Shown here piece after piece: positions 8,717 to 19,471 of a stretch of DNA of 49,904 nucleotides (positions are counted from its first letter, which is position 1; each line of letters starts with the position of its first letter). Under the pieces are notes generated by a model. It did no database searches, was not told the DNA's origin, and was given only the letters and a program-made list of their open reading frames with translations. The stretch is from assembly GCA_038245405.1 (NCBI GenBank), contig JBBRSO010000006.1:1-49904 (forward strand). The letters run 5' to 3'. The stretch comes from Bacteroidales bacterium (GTDB taxonomy: Bacteria; Bacteroidota; Bacteroidia; Bacteroidales; VadinHA17). A program made the position numbers and the translations under genes.

Positions 8717-11422
8717 TTAATTGATCTTAAATATCAGCTTCAACCCAACGCTTTTGTACCGTAGGTCTTCAAAACCGGCATACACGCCAAATTCACCAAT
8801 GAACAGAATTTCGCTGATGCTGTATCCTATTTCAGAATAATTTGTACTATTCCTTATTCCCAGATATGAAAAGCTGAGATTTTCGCGCATCAGAGTATTG
8901 CTCATAACAGGAAGGAGCTTGAGCAAGAGATAGGGTGTTGTATATTTAACATGTGCTTCTACATAAAACTCGGGGGTACTCAATGTATAAAATGAAGGAA
9001 TCATAAAAGCATCCTCATAGTTATTTATCAGAATAAGTAAGGGTTGTGAGTTAAAGTGGAAGAAATCATAAAAAGTCAGATTCCGGTTATCCAGATAGCC
9101 TGCTGTTCTTAATCTCCATTTGAATTCACTAAAAGCTCCCACTGTTCTTGTTCTGGCAACTTCAAATCGTAGCAGATCGCTTCTTCTCCAGCCTGACGGG
9201 ATTTCATTGAACTCATTTATACCATGTATCCAGGTGAGGTTGAAAGTTGGCCAGTCAGAGCCCCTTGGAAACTTAACGCCCTTTATCATTCTGTATTTCT
9301 GATATGGAGTATATGTGATTTCGGCAGCAAAATCAAAATGACGCTGGTTGCGCAAAGCGTTTATCTCATTTGACCCGGGACCGAGATATGGATTCACCGG
9401 TATGTTGGGAGAATAAAGCGTTGAGGTTTTAAATATTGAAAAATTTGTATTATTCCCGAGCACCTTTCTTTTTTCAAAATTGATGCTGACATTGACATTT
9501 AATCCATTAACTATCTCTGATGAGTAGCCTGTTTTAAAATACGTAGACTCATATAATTTCAGATAGTTTTTCTTAAAGAGTAATGAATAATCAAGATTCA
9601 GGAATGGGCTTATTCCTCCACCATTGTTTATATCCCTGCTGCTGGAACCCACCCGGGCAAATATAGCCTGGTGTCTGATTTTATCATAGCTGAAAATGGT
9701 ATTTACATTCCAAATCAATTTCTCCCTGCTGAAAGTCCAGCGGGCATCAGGAAACGCTTCAAGTGTTCCGGATTTTTTCCATGATTTTTTTACTTCGAAA
9801 TTCCAGCCATAGCTGAAGCCGTCAACTGAATTGAAATTAACACTTTTGAAATTAATCAGTCCGTCATAACGGAACATGAAGCCTGTTGTATCATACCAGC
9901 TATGGCCTAACGCTATATCCTTTAACCTGACGCCAGCCTTTTTAAAATTTCTTTCGGCCGAACCGGTAATGGTGTCTGTTTTTATTTCCTGACGGATTAT
10001 TGTTGATTTTATACTGTCGCTTATTTTAACAGCTTTACGCTCAATGTCAGATAATGGGATAGGTCTGATTTTTGCCCAATAACTACTGTCATATTTACCT
10101 GCATCCTTTTCTACTTTTTGAGTAACATTTTCTTTAATCTCAAGTGATTTTTTCCCGCTATCGATACTCGCCTGAGATTCTTTTTCCATTAACCTCGCTA
10201 GTTTTGCCATATCGCGGTTCGTCAACTGATCCTTTTCGAGAATCTTGCTGATCTGTTTCTTTTGTTTTGAGACTATCGTATCAGTGGTTTTTTTGGTTAC
10301 TGCTTTTGAGTAATCAGAAATTAAAGCAGCTGGTTTCTGCAGTGACAGATTTGGTTTAACTACTTCATACTTAACTGAACTCGAGTAACCGACGTCAGCT
10401 TTAAAACCCATTATACTTATGTTTATCTCAAATTGATGACTCACTGGCATCCATATATCATCCTGGACAGGTGTGAATAATTGTTCGATTCTGATTTTAC
10501 CGAACAGGTTATCATTCGTCAGGTCGACACTCTGGAGGCACCAGAGATCTTCAATAATATAGATGATTCCTTCAAAAACCTGCTGACTCTTTCTTTTTGG
10601 AATAACCTGTATTTTATTTATTGTGAAATCACCTTGTCGTGAGGCTCCAAGATATTTAAAATTGTAGTGTGAAAATGCATTAGGAGCAAGAGGGGAGATG
10701 GCCATGTCGGCAAGTACAGGCTGATAAAAGCTTGCCTGGATAAAGCTCATTGGTGAGATGTTATTCCCTTGCTCGGGAAAGGTACTATTGTAGGAGATCA
10801 TTTTCTGAAAATACTTATCAGGAGAGGTGAATTCAATTTCATTTACTGATTCCATGAAAAATGAGTCTCCTGCTTTCAGAACTTTCTCCTCCTTTTTGGG
10901 TTTGGATCCGGCAGAAACTGTTGCACTGTTCGAAGTGTTTTGCATTTTCATTGATTTCTGCAGGAGCCGTGGAATCTTATTTATGATGAGATTTCCCTTT
11001 AAGTACACTTCAGCCTTATAGTAATATATGTTATTAAGGTAATACGGAGCAAGTCCAATTGCCTTTCTCATAATCATATAAGCAGGATCTTCTCCCGTTC
11101 CCATTATTCGTACCTCAGGAATCTCATAATACTGGAGTGGAAGAATAATATTTCTGATTGTTTCATTGCTCACATTAAGATTTTCTGTTACTGGCTGATA
11201 ACCAAGACTTTGATAAACAACGGTATATGTACCGGCTGGAAGATTGATTTCGTAATCGCCCTTAGTGTTTGTAGTTGTACCCTGACGCAGCTCTTTTATA
11301 AAGACTGTGGAGTATTGGATAGGTTCCCCTGTCTGGGTCGTTATTCTGCCTTTTAGAGACTGTCCAGTTGATAGAGTTGCAAATATGCTGAAGATAATTA
11401 TAGATAGGAATAAATGTTTCAT
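8717..11422 (-). CDS. Outer-membrane protein with carboxypeptidase-regulatory-like N-terminal domain and DUF5686
   Basis: Signal peptide from MKHLFLS (ATG 11422); GEPIQYSTV..GTTTNTKGDY..SLGY CarboxypepD_reg-like domain; DPAYMIMRKAI and DSSYWAKIRPIPL are typical of the family; C-terminal beta strands. Confidence 0.78.
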   Translation of the reverse strand: MKHLFLSIIIFSIFATLSTGQSLKGRITTQTGEPIQYSTVFIKELRQGTTTNTKGDYEINLPAGTYTVVYQSLGYQPVTENLNVSNETIRNIILPLQYYEIPEVRIMGTGEDPAYMIMRKAIGLAPYYLNNIYYYKAEVYLKGNLIINKIPRLLQKSMKMQNTSNSATVSAGSKPKKEEKVLKAGDSFFMESVNEIEFTSPDKYFQKMISYNSTFPEQGNNISPMSFIQASFYQPVLADMAISPLAPNAFSHYNFKYLGASRQGDFTINKIQVIPKRKSQQVFEGIIYIIEDLWCLQSVDLTNDNLFGKIRIEQLFTPVQDDIWMPVSHQFEINISIMGFKADVGYSSSVKYEVVKPNLSLQKPAALISDYSKAVTKKTTDTIVSKQKKQISKILEKDQLTNRDMAKLARLMEKESQASIDSGKKSLEIKENVTQKVEKDAGKYDSSYWAKIRPIPLSDIERKAVKISDSIKSTIIRQEIKTDTITGSAERNFKKAGVRLKDIALGHSWYDTTGFMFRYDGLINFKSVNFNSVDGFSYGWNFEVKKSWKKSGTLEAFPDARWTFSREKLIWNVNTIFSYDKIRHQAIFARVGSSSRDINNGGGISPFLNLDYSLLFKKNYLKLYESTYFKTGYSSEIVNGLNVNVSINFEKRKVLGNNTNFSIFKTSTLYSPNIPVNPYLGPGSNEINALRNQRHFDFAAEITYTPYQKYRMIKGVKFPRGSDWPTFNLTWIHGINEFNEIPSGWRRSDLLRFEVARTRTVGAFSEFKWRLRTAGYLDNRNLTFYDFFHFNSQPLLILINNYEDAFMIPSFYTLSTPEFYVEAHVKYTTPYLLLKLLPVMSNTLMRENLSFSYLGIRNSTNYSEIGYSISEILFIGEFGVYAGFEDLRYKSVGLKLIFKIN

Positions 11423-11441
11423 ATCGATCAGACGAATATCT

Positions 11442-12116
11442 CTACAATATTTTCCCGGCCACAACTATTACAATTTCTCCTTTGGGAGGTTTTTCTGTAT
11501 AATGTTCTGAGAGGAATGAAAGTGTACCACGTATATTTTCTTCAAATATTTTACTTAGTTCCCTTGAGACACAGGCATTCCTGTCTGCCCCAAGATGCTC
11601 GGCCAGATCATCGAGAGTTTTTACCAGACGGTAAGGCGATTCATAAAATACCATTGTTCTGGTCTCTTCCTCGAGTGCTGTCAGCCTTTTATTTTTACCT
11701 TTTTTGGGCGGGAGGAATCCTTCGAAACAGAATCTGTCGCAGGGCAGTCCTGAATTTACCAATGCCGGAATAAGCGCCGTTGGTCCAGGAAGTGTTTCCA
11801 CCGCAATATCTTTCTCAACGCATGTTCTTACCAAAAGGAAACCTGGATCTGAGATTCCAGGTGTTCCTGCATCAGATACCAGTGCGATTGTCTGGCCTCC
11901 CAGGATCTTTGAACATATCGATTCAGCACTCTTATGTTCATTATACATATGGTGCGATTGGAGAGGAGTGCTGATATTATAATGACTCAATAATTTTCTT
12001 GTCTGTCGCGTATCTTCCGCAAGGATAAGATCAACGCTTCCAAGTATTTCTACTGCCCTGTATGTAATGTCTTTAAGATTCCCGATTGGTGTCGGGACGA
12101 GATAGAGTTTACTCAT
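11442..12116 (-). CDS. rsmI: 16S rRNA (cytidine1402-2'-O)-methyltransferase
   Basis: LYLVPTPIGNLKDIT, AEDTR, VSDAGTPGISDPG and YESPYR motifs. ATG at 12116 overlaps the upstream stop. Confidence 0.96.
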   Translation of the reverse strand: MSKLYLVPTPIGNLKDITYRAVEILGSVDLILAEDTRQTRKLLSHYNISTPLQSHHMYNEHKSAESICSKILGGQTIALVSDAGTPGISDPGFLLVRTCVEKDIAVETLPGPTALIPALVNSGLPCDRFCFEGFLPPKKGKNKRLTALEEETRTMVFYESPYRLVKTLDDLAEHLGADRNACVSRELSKIFEENIRGTLSFLSEHYTEKPPKGEIVIVVAGKIL

Positions 12117-12879
12117 TAGAGGGGAATTTGAGTCTGACCAGTCCGAGAAGCTGGACCACAGCTTCATTTTCATGTTTTTCACCGGTGTAGCTCATAATTA
12201 TTGCCATGGCATCCTGAAGACTTTCAGCTTTATCAAGCCTGGAAATTGCCTGATAATATGAGTCTTTGTTACCTTCAAATATTTCACTTATAAAGAGAAA
12301 CCTGTCATTCAGTCCTATCGCATCTGACAGGTTATTAATTGGTTTGGATTTTAAACTCTGAGAAAGGTCATTATCATGATATTTACTGCTTATCTGTTCC
12401 TCGTAGAAGTCGGCGGGAGGTGTGAATTTGTCAGCAATGCTTGCTGTTACGGGTATCTTTTTTTCAGATATTTTTGTAACTGTTTTCTTTTCAGGTGGGG
12501 CAACAGCGGTAATCTCAAATTCTGCTTCCTCGTGCTTTTCGGAAAGTATCTTTGCCTTTGCTGCCGGTTTATCAACGACAGGCTTTTCCGCAATTAGTTT
12601 ATCCTCTGTTGGCTTATCCTCTTTTGGTTTATCCTCTGTTAGTTTATTCTGTATCTGTTTATCCTGTACAGGTTTTTCTTTAACAGGTTCTTCTTTTGCA
12701 GGATCTAATATATTCTGGTTCTTCAGTAAACCGATAACTTCACCAGCGCTTCTGCATTTCGATTTTGCAAGTTCTACCTGTATGGCAGGAACTCCGGGGT
12801 ATCTTTTCAGATCATCAATTATCTCTGATGCTGCGTTAAGATCTTTAATAATTAAATCTATCGTTGCGTTGAAATCCAT
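12109..12879 (-). CDS. Conserved hypothetical Bacteroidota protein with a low-complexity linker
   Basis: C-terminal AIGLNDRFLFISEIFEG..Y domain typical of the gene found beside rsmI in Bacteroidota; central nine 5-aa repeats. Confidence 0.75.
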   Translation of the reverse strand: MDFNATIDLIIKDLNAASEIIDDLKRYPGVPAIQVELAKSKCRSAGEVIGLLKNQNILDPAKEEPVKEKPVQDKQIQNKLTEDKPKEDKPTEDKLIAEKPVVDKPAAKAKILSEKHEEAEFEITAVAPPEKKTVTKISEKKIPVTASIADKFTPPADFYEEQISSKYHDNDLSQSLKSKPINNLSDAIGLNDRFLFISEIFEGNKDSYYQAISRLDKAESLQDAMAIIMSYTGEKHENEAVVQLLGLVRLKFPSNE

Positions 12880-12994
12880 ACCATTTGATGTTAATATAAC
12901 AAACCATTTTCTTTATTTTGTAAAAGTAACGATATTCAGCAAGTCATTAACGGATAAAATTACATTTTAAGTATCTAATTCAGACATTTGTTTT

Positions 12995-13582
12995 ATGGAT
13001 TTCCTTGAAAATTCAGTGAGAGTGACAGGAAAACGGGGATCAATTGAAGTGATCACCGGATCGATGTTTTCAGGTAAGACAGAAGAACTGATAAGACGCT
13101 TGCGAAGAGCCAAGTACGCCGGTTTGAAAGTTGAAATATTTAAACCTTCCCTCGATATAAGATACTCGGAAACCAGAGTGGTCTCACACGATTCCACTTC
13201 CATAGTCTCAACACCTGTCGATAATGCATCTTCTATTTTACTTTTAGCCGGTGATGTTCATGTAGTAGGGATAGACGAAGCCCAATTCTTTGATGAGTCA
13301 ATAGTGGATGTATGTAATACGCTTGCGGATAATGGGATACGTATTGTTGTGGCCGGACTGGATATGGATTTCATGGGAAAACCATTTGGACCTATGCCTG
13401 GTTTATTATCGATAGCAGAGTTTGTAACAAAAGTGCATGCAATTTGCATGCGGTGTGGAAACCTTGCTCAATATTCCTTCAGGAAGAGTGAAGATGACCA
13501 CGTTGTTCTGATTGGCGAAAAAAACCTGTATGAACCACTCTGCCGTAACTGTTATAATGCAGCTTTAAAAAAAGAATTTTGA
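12995..13582 (+). CDS. tdk: Thymidine kinase
   Basis: [22 protein letters not shown]...CRNC zinc motif. Confidence 0.97.
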   Translation: MDFLENSVRVTGKRGSIEVITGSMFSGKTEELIRRLRRAKYAGLKVEIFKPSLDIRYSETRVVSHDSTSIVSTPVDNASSILLLAGDVHVVGIDEAQFFDESIVDVCNTLADNGIRIVVAGLDMDFMGKPFGPMPGLLSIAEFVTKVHAICMRCGNLAQYSFRKSEDDHVVLIGEKNLYEPLCRNCYNAALKKEF

Positions 13583-16041
13583 AAGTAACTTCTTCTGAAA
13601 TCGCCTCTATTGTAAATGGAAGACTATCAGGCCCTGGTGATCTGATAAATTCTGATGTTGCAACAGATACCCGTCAGCTGAGCTTTACGGAGGGTATTGT
13701 ATTCTTTGCATTAAAAGGCAAGAACCACGATGGTCATGGGTTTATTAAGAACCTCTACCAGAAAGGTATTAAAACATTCGTTGTCGAAAACCTCCCTGAG
13801 GGATCAGAATCATACTCAGGTGCAGCTTTCATTATTACCAGCGACACTATAAAGGCACTTCAGTTGTTGGCAGCACATCAGAGGCAGCTGTTTAAATCTC
13901 CGGTAATTGCGATTACGGGCAGTGCAGGTAAAACAATCGTTAAGGAATGGCTGGCTGATATCCTTGGACTGACTACTTCTGTGATCAGGAGTCCAAAGAG
14001 CTATAATTCACAGATTGGGGTTCCGCTATCGATACTTAAGCTTGACGACAAATATAAGCTTGGGATATTTGAAGCGGGAATTTCATATCCCGGCGAAATG
14101 GCCAGGCTGCAGAAAGTAATAAAACCCGATATAGGGATAATAACAAATATCGGCGATGCACACAGCGAAAATTTTAATGACAGTAAATCCAAGACTGTTG
14201 AAAAACTAAAGCTGTTCATCGATTCATCCATGATAATATTTTGCAGTGATCATGCGATAATTCGTCAATCAATTTTTGAGAATGAGGATCTAAGGTCAAA
14301 AAATCTGGTTGACTGGTCAACAGTTAATGAACTGGCCAGGGTTTTCGTCACAAAAAGTTCACTGCCCGGAGGCAAGACAGCTATCAGTCTGAAATATAGC
14401 GGACAGCTATATAACTATTTTATTCCATTTGCCGATGGTGCATCAATCGAAAATGCCATTACTGTGGCAACAGCATGCCTTGCTATTGGAACACCGTCTC
14501 AAATAATTTCAAAGGGCATTGAAAGTTTGTCGGCAGTGGCAATGAGAATGGAGGTGAAGAGTGGTGTAAATAATTGTCAGCTGATCGAAGACTATTATAA
14601 TTCCGACCCTGGTTCACTTGGTATGGCGCTTGAATATCTCAAATCGCAACATTACAAAGATACAACACTGATCTTGTCTGATTTTGTACAGAGCGGGAGG
14701 GACGAACCTGAGTTATATGGCGGGATATCTGACCTCATAAGGAAAACCGGCATTAAAAAATTTATTGGCGTTGGGGCTGCACTTTTACGCAGCAAAGAAT
14801 TATTTGATGCGAATTCCAGGTTCTTCAGCACAACAGATGAATTTGTAAATAATTATAATGCGGCTTTATTCCGGAATGAAGTGATACTTCTAAAGGGCGC
14901 AAGGATCTTCGAGTTTGAGAAGATTGGGAAACTGCTTGAGCTACAGACTCATCAGACAGTACTTGAGGTGAATCTTGATGCCATTTCGCATAATCTCAAT
15001 GAGTTTCGCCGTTATCTTAATCCAGGTACCCGTATTATGGCGATGGTGAAAGCGTTTGCCTATGGTGCAGGTCCGGCTGAAATATCAGCATTACTGGAAT
15101 ATCATCGCGTAAGCTACCTGGCAGTAGCTAATGCCGACGAAGGTGTCGAACTCAGGAACTCGGGCGTAACGCTGCCTGTGATGGTAATGAATCCTGACCC
15201 GTCAGCCTATGAAATACTTATAAAATATTCTTTGGAACCAGAGATCTACAGCCTTCCATCGCTTGACCAGTTTCTGTCAATTGCTTCAAAGAACGGGCTC
15301 ATAAATTATCCGGTTCATATTAAAATTGACTCCGGAATGCATAGACTGGGATTTATGCCGGAGGACATTGATTCATTGGTAACTAAGTTAGGAAACCAGG
15401 AGTTTGTAAAAGTTGTTTCAGTTTTCTCACATCTTGCTGCCAGCGAAAATCCTTCATTTGATAAATTCACACATCACCAGGTGGATGTTTTTCTTAAAAC
15501 CGCAGACAGGATTAATGAAGCCACAGGTTATCCGTTTCTTCGTCATATTCTTAATTCTTCCGGGATCGTTCGATTCCCGCAATACCAGTTTGATATGGTG
15601 CGCCCGGGAATAGGTATGTATGGTGTCGGCCACTTTGAAGGTCTGAATCTGAAGCCGACCGGTCGTTTTCTTACCAGAATTTCGCAGGTAAAGAGATTAA
15701 AGGCAGGTGAGCCGGTAGGTTATGGTTGTGCGGATGTTTCAGATAATGACAGAACTATTGCGATCTTACCCGTAGGCTATGCCGATGGATTGAATCGTAA
15801 GCTTGGAAACAAAAATGGAAATCTGTATATAAAAGGCTCAAGAGTTCCTATTATCGGTAATGTTTGCATGGATATGTGCATGGCTGATATCACTGGTCTT
15901 GATATCGATACGGGTGACGAGGCGGAGGTATTCGGAGAAAAGATATCAATTGAAGAGATTGCTGGTATCTGTCAGACAATTCCCTATGAAATATTAACTT
16001 CTATTCCGCGACGTGTAAAACGGGTTTTCTTCAGAGAATAA
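13579..16041 (+). CDS. alr: Bifunctional MurF-like ligase / alanine racemase
   Basis: N-half [28 protein letters not shown]; C-half [10 protein letters not shown] (PLP Lys), [28 protein letters not shown] start overlaps the tdk stop. Typical Bacteroidota fusion. Confidence 0.93.
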   Translation: MKVTSSEIASIVNGRLSGPGDLINSDVATDTRQLSFTEGIVFFALKGKNHDGHGFIKNLYQKGIKTFVVENLPEGSESYSGAAFIITSDTIKALQLLAAHQRQLFKSPVIAITGSAGKTIVKEWLADILGLTTSVIRSPKSYNSQIGVPLSILKLDDKYKLGIFEAGISYPGEMARLQKVIKPDIGIITNIGDAHSENFNDSKSKTVEKLKLFIDSSMIIFCSDHAIIRQSIFENEDLRSKNLVDWSTVNELARVFVTKSSLPGGKTAISLKYSGQLYNYFIPFADGASIENAITVATACLAIGTPSQIISKGIESLSAVAMRMEVKSGVNNCQLIEDYYNSDPGSLGMALEYLKSQHYKDTTLILSDFVQSGRDEPELYGGISDLIRKTGIKKFIGVGAALLRSKELFDANSRFFSTTDEFVNNYNAALFRNEVILLKGARIFEFEKIGKLLELQTHQTVLEVNLDAISHNLNEFRRYLNPGTRIMAMVKAFAYGAGPAEISALLEYHRVSYLAVANADEGVELRNSGVTLPVMVMNPDPSAYEILIKYSLEPEIYSLPSLDQFLSIASKNGLINYPVHIKIDSGMHRLGFMPEDIDSLVTKLGNQEFVKVVSVFSHLAASENPSFDKFTHHQVDVFLKTADRINEATGYPFLRHILNSSGIVRFPQYQFDMVRPGIGMYGVGHFEGLNLKPTGRFLTRISQVKRLKAGEPVGYGCADVSDNDRTIAILPVGYADGLNRKLGNKNGNLYIKGSRVPIIGNVCMDMCMADITGLDIDTGDEAEVFGEKISIEEIAGICQTIPYEILTSIPRRVKRVFFRE

Positions 16042-16114
16042 GGTTAAGGTTGAGGTTAAGGTTAAGGTTGAGGTTAAGGTTAAGTATTCTCAACCTCAAC
16101 CTTAACCTCAGCCT
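16041..16114. repeat. Head-to-head hexamer tandem arrays (AGGTTR)x7 / (YARCCT)x4
   Basis: AGGTTA AGGTTG AGGTTA AGGTTA AGGTTG AGGTTA AGGTTA (16041-16082), then AGTATTCT, then CAACCT CAACCT TAACCT CAGCCT (16091-16114). Confidence 0.9.
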
Positions 16115-16119
16115 CTAAT

Positions 16120-16824
16120 TTAAGACCCCAATTCACTTATATGTTCCAGATGAGCACTGTCAATAATACTTACATTCCGGCCATTAAGTTTAATTATGCC
16201 CTCAGACGCCATATCAGATAATGTGCGGATCGCATTGGAGGTGGTCATGTTTGACATGCTTGCAAAATCTTCTCTCGGGAGTATTACCTGTATGGTTTTT
16301 CCATCTGATTCAACACCATAGATATCACGGAGAATAAGCAGTGATTCTGCTAAACGGGCTCTGACATGTTTTTGTGTAAGTGAGATGATCCTGGAATTTG
16401 TAAATCCCAGTTCATCAACTATAACCTTCATTAATTTCAGTGAAAGGTCGGGTGTTTTCTTAAGAATTTTTTTAAATGAATTCCTTTCAAAGATGCAGGT
16501 TGCTGAATCTTCAATTGCCATAGCCGAAAACGGCCATGGACCATCTGAGAACAATGCATTATAGCCAATGAATCCGTTTGGCTTAACCATTTTAATAATC
16601 TGGCCTCTGCCGCCTACTCCGTCTTTATATACTTTCGCTTTCCCTGCGGCAAGGCATATCAGACCTTTTGTTTTTTCACCCTGTCTGAAAATAAACTGAC
16701 CTTTCTTCAATTCTACAATTGTAAGAGAAGTACTTATTGTTTCTTTATCTTTTTGTGTTAATCCTTTAAATATGGAAAAAGCTCCCTCGATAACCTCTTC
16801 AATATACGGATTTGAATATTGCAT
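16120..16824 (-). CDS. Crp/Fnr family transcriptional regulator
   Basis: cNMP-binding domain (KKGQFIFRQGE, GFIGY), LTQKHVRARLAESL, HTH REDFASMSNMTTSNAIRTLS. -7 element TACCTTTG at 16848-16855 (-). Confidence 0.93.
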   Translation of the reverse strand: MQYSNPYIEEVIEGAFSIFKGLTQKDKETISTSLTIVELKKGQFIFRQGEKTKGLICLAAGKAKVYKDGVGGRGQIIKMVKPNGFIGYNALFSDGPWPFSAMAIEDSATCIFERNSFKKILKKTPDLSLKLMKVIVDELGFTNSRIISLTQKHVRARLAESLLILRDIYGVESDGKTIQVILPREDFASMSNMTTSNAIRTLSDMASEGIIKLNGRNVSIIDSAHLEHISELGS

Positions 16825-16937
16825 GATATATATGTTTTATAGCATACCAAAGGTAATAAAAGAAATTTAAGAATTCCAAATTAACATTTTTTAACATAAT
16901 CATTTACAAGTAGTTGTACAGATCGCGAAGAAAGAGG

Positions 16938-18590
16938 TCAATATCTGGCTACAAGTGGCATTCTTCTACCGGCACCGAATGCTTTTGAGGAGATTCGCAA
17001 AACGGGCGGTGCCTGGTATCTTTTATACTCGTTAAAGTCAATCATTCTTATTACTTTCATGACGACATCTTTTTCGGCTCCTTCCCTGATAATCCTTGAG
17101 GCAGGTTTCTGTAGTTCTATATACTGGTATAAAATTGAATCCAGGATGCTATAATCAGGAAGGGAATCGGTGTCAAATTGATCAGGCTTTAATTCGGCAG
17201 ATGGTGGTTTTTTGATAATGTTTTCAGGAATTATTTCTTTTTCCCTGTTTATAAAACCGGCAAGCTTGTAAACATCTGTCTTATATACGTCACCTATCAA
17301 TGATAATCCTCCTGCCATATCTCCGTAGAGGGTTCCGTAACCTACTGCCGCTTCGCTTTTATTGGAAGTATTTAAAACAATGCATCCATACTTATTTGAA
17401 ATTGCCATTAAGAGAATTGCTCTTATACGGGCTTGAATATTCTCTTCTGCAACATTTTTTTCAAGGCCTTTGAAGACAGGACTGAGAATATCTTCAAAAG
17501 CAACAAATGGTTTTTCAATACTAACAATATCGTAATGTACCTTCAGGTTATTAGCCATTTTTATGGCATCGGTCACAGAATGATCTGAAGAATAACGCGA
17601 CGGCATTAACAGCGCTCTTACATTTTCATTGCCGAGGGCATCAACCGCAAGACACAGGCATAATGCTGAATCGAGACCACCTGAGAGTCCTATTATGCTG
17701 GTTTTCAATCCGGTTTTAACAAAATAATCACGCAAGCCCATCACAAGGGCTTTATATATAAGAGGTATTGCATCGGGCGCCCTTGATGGTTGTTTAATAT
17801 GAGTGGATTTCAGATCTTCAAAAGCAAAAGACGCGACAGATTCTTCAAAGTATGGAAGCTGATGAAATATCCCGCCTCTTTCATTTATCAGTATTGAACC
17901 GCCATCAAATATAAGTTCAGTATTGGCTCCGGTCTGATTAACTGATATAACCGGAATGCCGTACTTTAATGCCTTGGATATAAATATATTTTCCTTCGCT
18001 TTAATTTTTGTGTAGGAGAATGGTGATGCAGCAATATTTATAATAATATCAGGGCTTTGTTTTGAGAGTTCTTCCATCGGAGAAAGAGTGTAGAGGCGCG
18101 ACTTTTCGAATTCATTATCGAACGGCTGTTCATCCCAAAGATCCTCACAAATTGTAATGGCAAGCCTTATTCCTTTAAATTGAAAAACTGAGAAATCCTT
18201 TGCAGGTTCAAAATGTCTGTATTCATCAAAAATATCGTAGGTAGGCAGTAATGATTTATTAGCTGAAAAAATGATTTTTCCTTCCGAGAGCAGAAGCGCT
18301 GAATTATGCAGCTTTTTACCTTCAGGGTTCTTATTGAAAGTTGGTGAGCCTACTATTGCTGCAATCCCCGTGCATTCAGAGGCTATCTCCATTACTGTCT
18401 GATTACACTTTTCAATAAAATCGACACGATCGAGTAAGTCGAGAGGTGGATAACCTGGTATACATAACTCAGAAAATATAATCAGCTCCGATCCCTCGTT
18501 CTTCGCTTTTTTTATTGCTTTCAGGATCTGTTCCTTGTTTCCCGAAAAATTACCAATATGATAATTTAGTTGTGCTATTGTGAATTTCAT
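16938..18590 (-). CDS. nadE: Glutamine-dependent NAD+ synthetase
   Basis: Nitrilase domain (FSELCIPGYPPLD, KSLLPTYDIFDE, ICEDLW) plus GLSGGLDS, ENIQARIR, SNKSE, YGTLYGD, PPSAEL. Confidence 0.96.
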   Translation of the reverse strand: MKFTIAQLNYHIGNFSGNKEQILKAIKKAKNEGSELIIFSELCIPGYPPLDLLDRVDFIEKCNQTVMEIASECTGIAAIVGSPTFNKNPEGKKLHNSALLLSEGKIIFSANKSLLPTYDIFDEYRHFEPAKDFSVFQFKGIRLAITICEDLWDEQPFDNEFEKSRLYTLSPMEELSKQSPDIIINIAASPFSYTKIKAKENIFISKALKYGIPVISVNQTGANTELIFDGGSILINERGGIFHQLPYFEESVASFAFEDLKSTHIKQPSRAPDAIPLIYKALVMGLRDYFVKTGLKTSIIGLSGGLDSALCLCLAVDALGNENVRALLMPSRYSSDHSVTDAIKMANNLKVHYDIVSIEKPFVAFEDILSPVFKGLEKNVAEENIQARIRAILLMAISNKYGCIVLNTSNKSEAAVGYGTLYGDMAGGLSLIGDVYKTDVYKLAGFINREKEIIPENIIKKPPSAELKPDQFDTDSLPDYSILDSILYQYIELQKPASRIIREGAEKDVVMKVIRMIDFNEYKRYQAPPVLRISSKAFGAGRRMPLVARY

Positions 18591-18596
18591 CAACAC

Positions 18597-19298
18597 TTAA
18601 AAGTTTACACCAAATCTGAAACTGAATATCTTATGGGAAACTTTGTCTTTTGGCTGATTTCCATTGTCCTTTGTTATATCAAGAAAATTATTGTCGAAAT
18701 CGAGACCAAAGACCAGTGCCGTTGTTCCTCCCAAAGAATATTCCACACCACCTGTAATGTGATAAGACAAGTTAACCATACGCAGTTCTTTTGAAGCATT
18801 CTCACGGGAAAGGCTTAGTGACGGGACATCTATTTTTCTGTTAATAGCGAGTTTGGGGACAAACCCGAGATCAGCAAAGAATGTGAGATAACCGATCTGA
18901 TTTGTCTGAAGTTTCAGTCCAACAGGAATCGCAATATATTGAAGTTTATATAGAATCGTATTATTGGGCATTACTGTTGACCTGGTAGCAGAAATATTTA
19001 AAATCGTGGTGTCGCTGCTGATAAGCTTTCCACCTGCGCTGAGAAGGGATATACCGGTTGAAAAGGAATAGTTTGGAGCAAAATATTTGTTATATGTTAA
19101 TCCAAAATTAAAACCCGGGCGAGCCCCGTTGTTCGTTACCTGGCTGATATCAGTGGAAAACCAGCTTATTACAGGGTCTGCATGGACACCGAAACCGATT
19201 CTTTGCTGGGCAACAGCACCAGCTACCGGAAATGAAAGTAATAAAATTAAAACAATAAATTTGTTTATGTTATTCTTAACAGATTCTAAATTTTTCAT
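18597..19298 (-). CDS. Small outer-membrane beta-barrel protein (porin / PorT-like family)
   Basis: Signal peptide, LQYIAIPVGLKL strand, alternating beta pattern, C-terminal FGVNF. Confidence 0.78.
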   Translation of the reverse strand: MKNLESVKNNINKFIVLILLLSFPVAGAVAQQRIGFGVHADPVISWFSTDISQVTNNGARPGFNFGLTYNKYFAPNYSFSTGISLLSAGGKLISSDTTILNISATRSTVMPNNTILYKLQYIAIPVGLKLQTNQIGYLTFFADLGFVPKLAINRKIDVPSLSLSRENASKELRMVNLSYHITGGVEYSLGGTTALVFGLDFDNNFLDITKDNGNQPKDKVSHKIFSFRFGVNF

Positions 19299-19471
19299 AA
19301 CAGGATATATTAGTTTCGATTATTAAACACGTAATAAATTCAAAATTCTTAGCATGTAAAAATAACATTTTTTAGTCAAATTCTGTTGTATATAACTGTA
19401 ACCATATTCCGGAAAAGTCGCTAATTTTGTCTGCCTTAATACTATATTCATTAAAAATTAATTTTGTTCGG

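Noticed and set aside
12422-12970. 182-aa + strand ORF
   Set aside because: Antisense to the low-complexity hypothetical gene; its S/F/L-rich composition is what the reverse of a K/E-rich coding strand gives.
13579-16041. murF-alr fusion as a novelty
   Set aside because: A common, well-known Bacteroidota arrangement.
16041-16114. CRISPR or telomere-like interpretation of the AGGTTR repeats
   Set aside because: The units are 6 bp with no spacers and no cas genes, and the array is internal and self-complementary.
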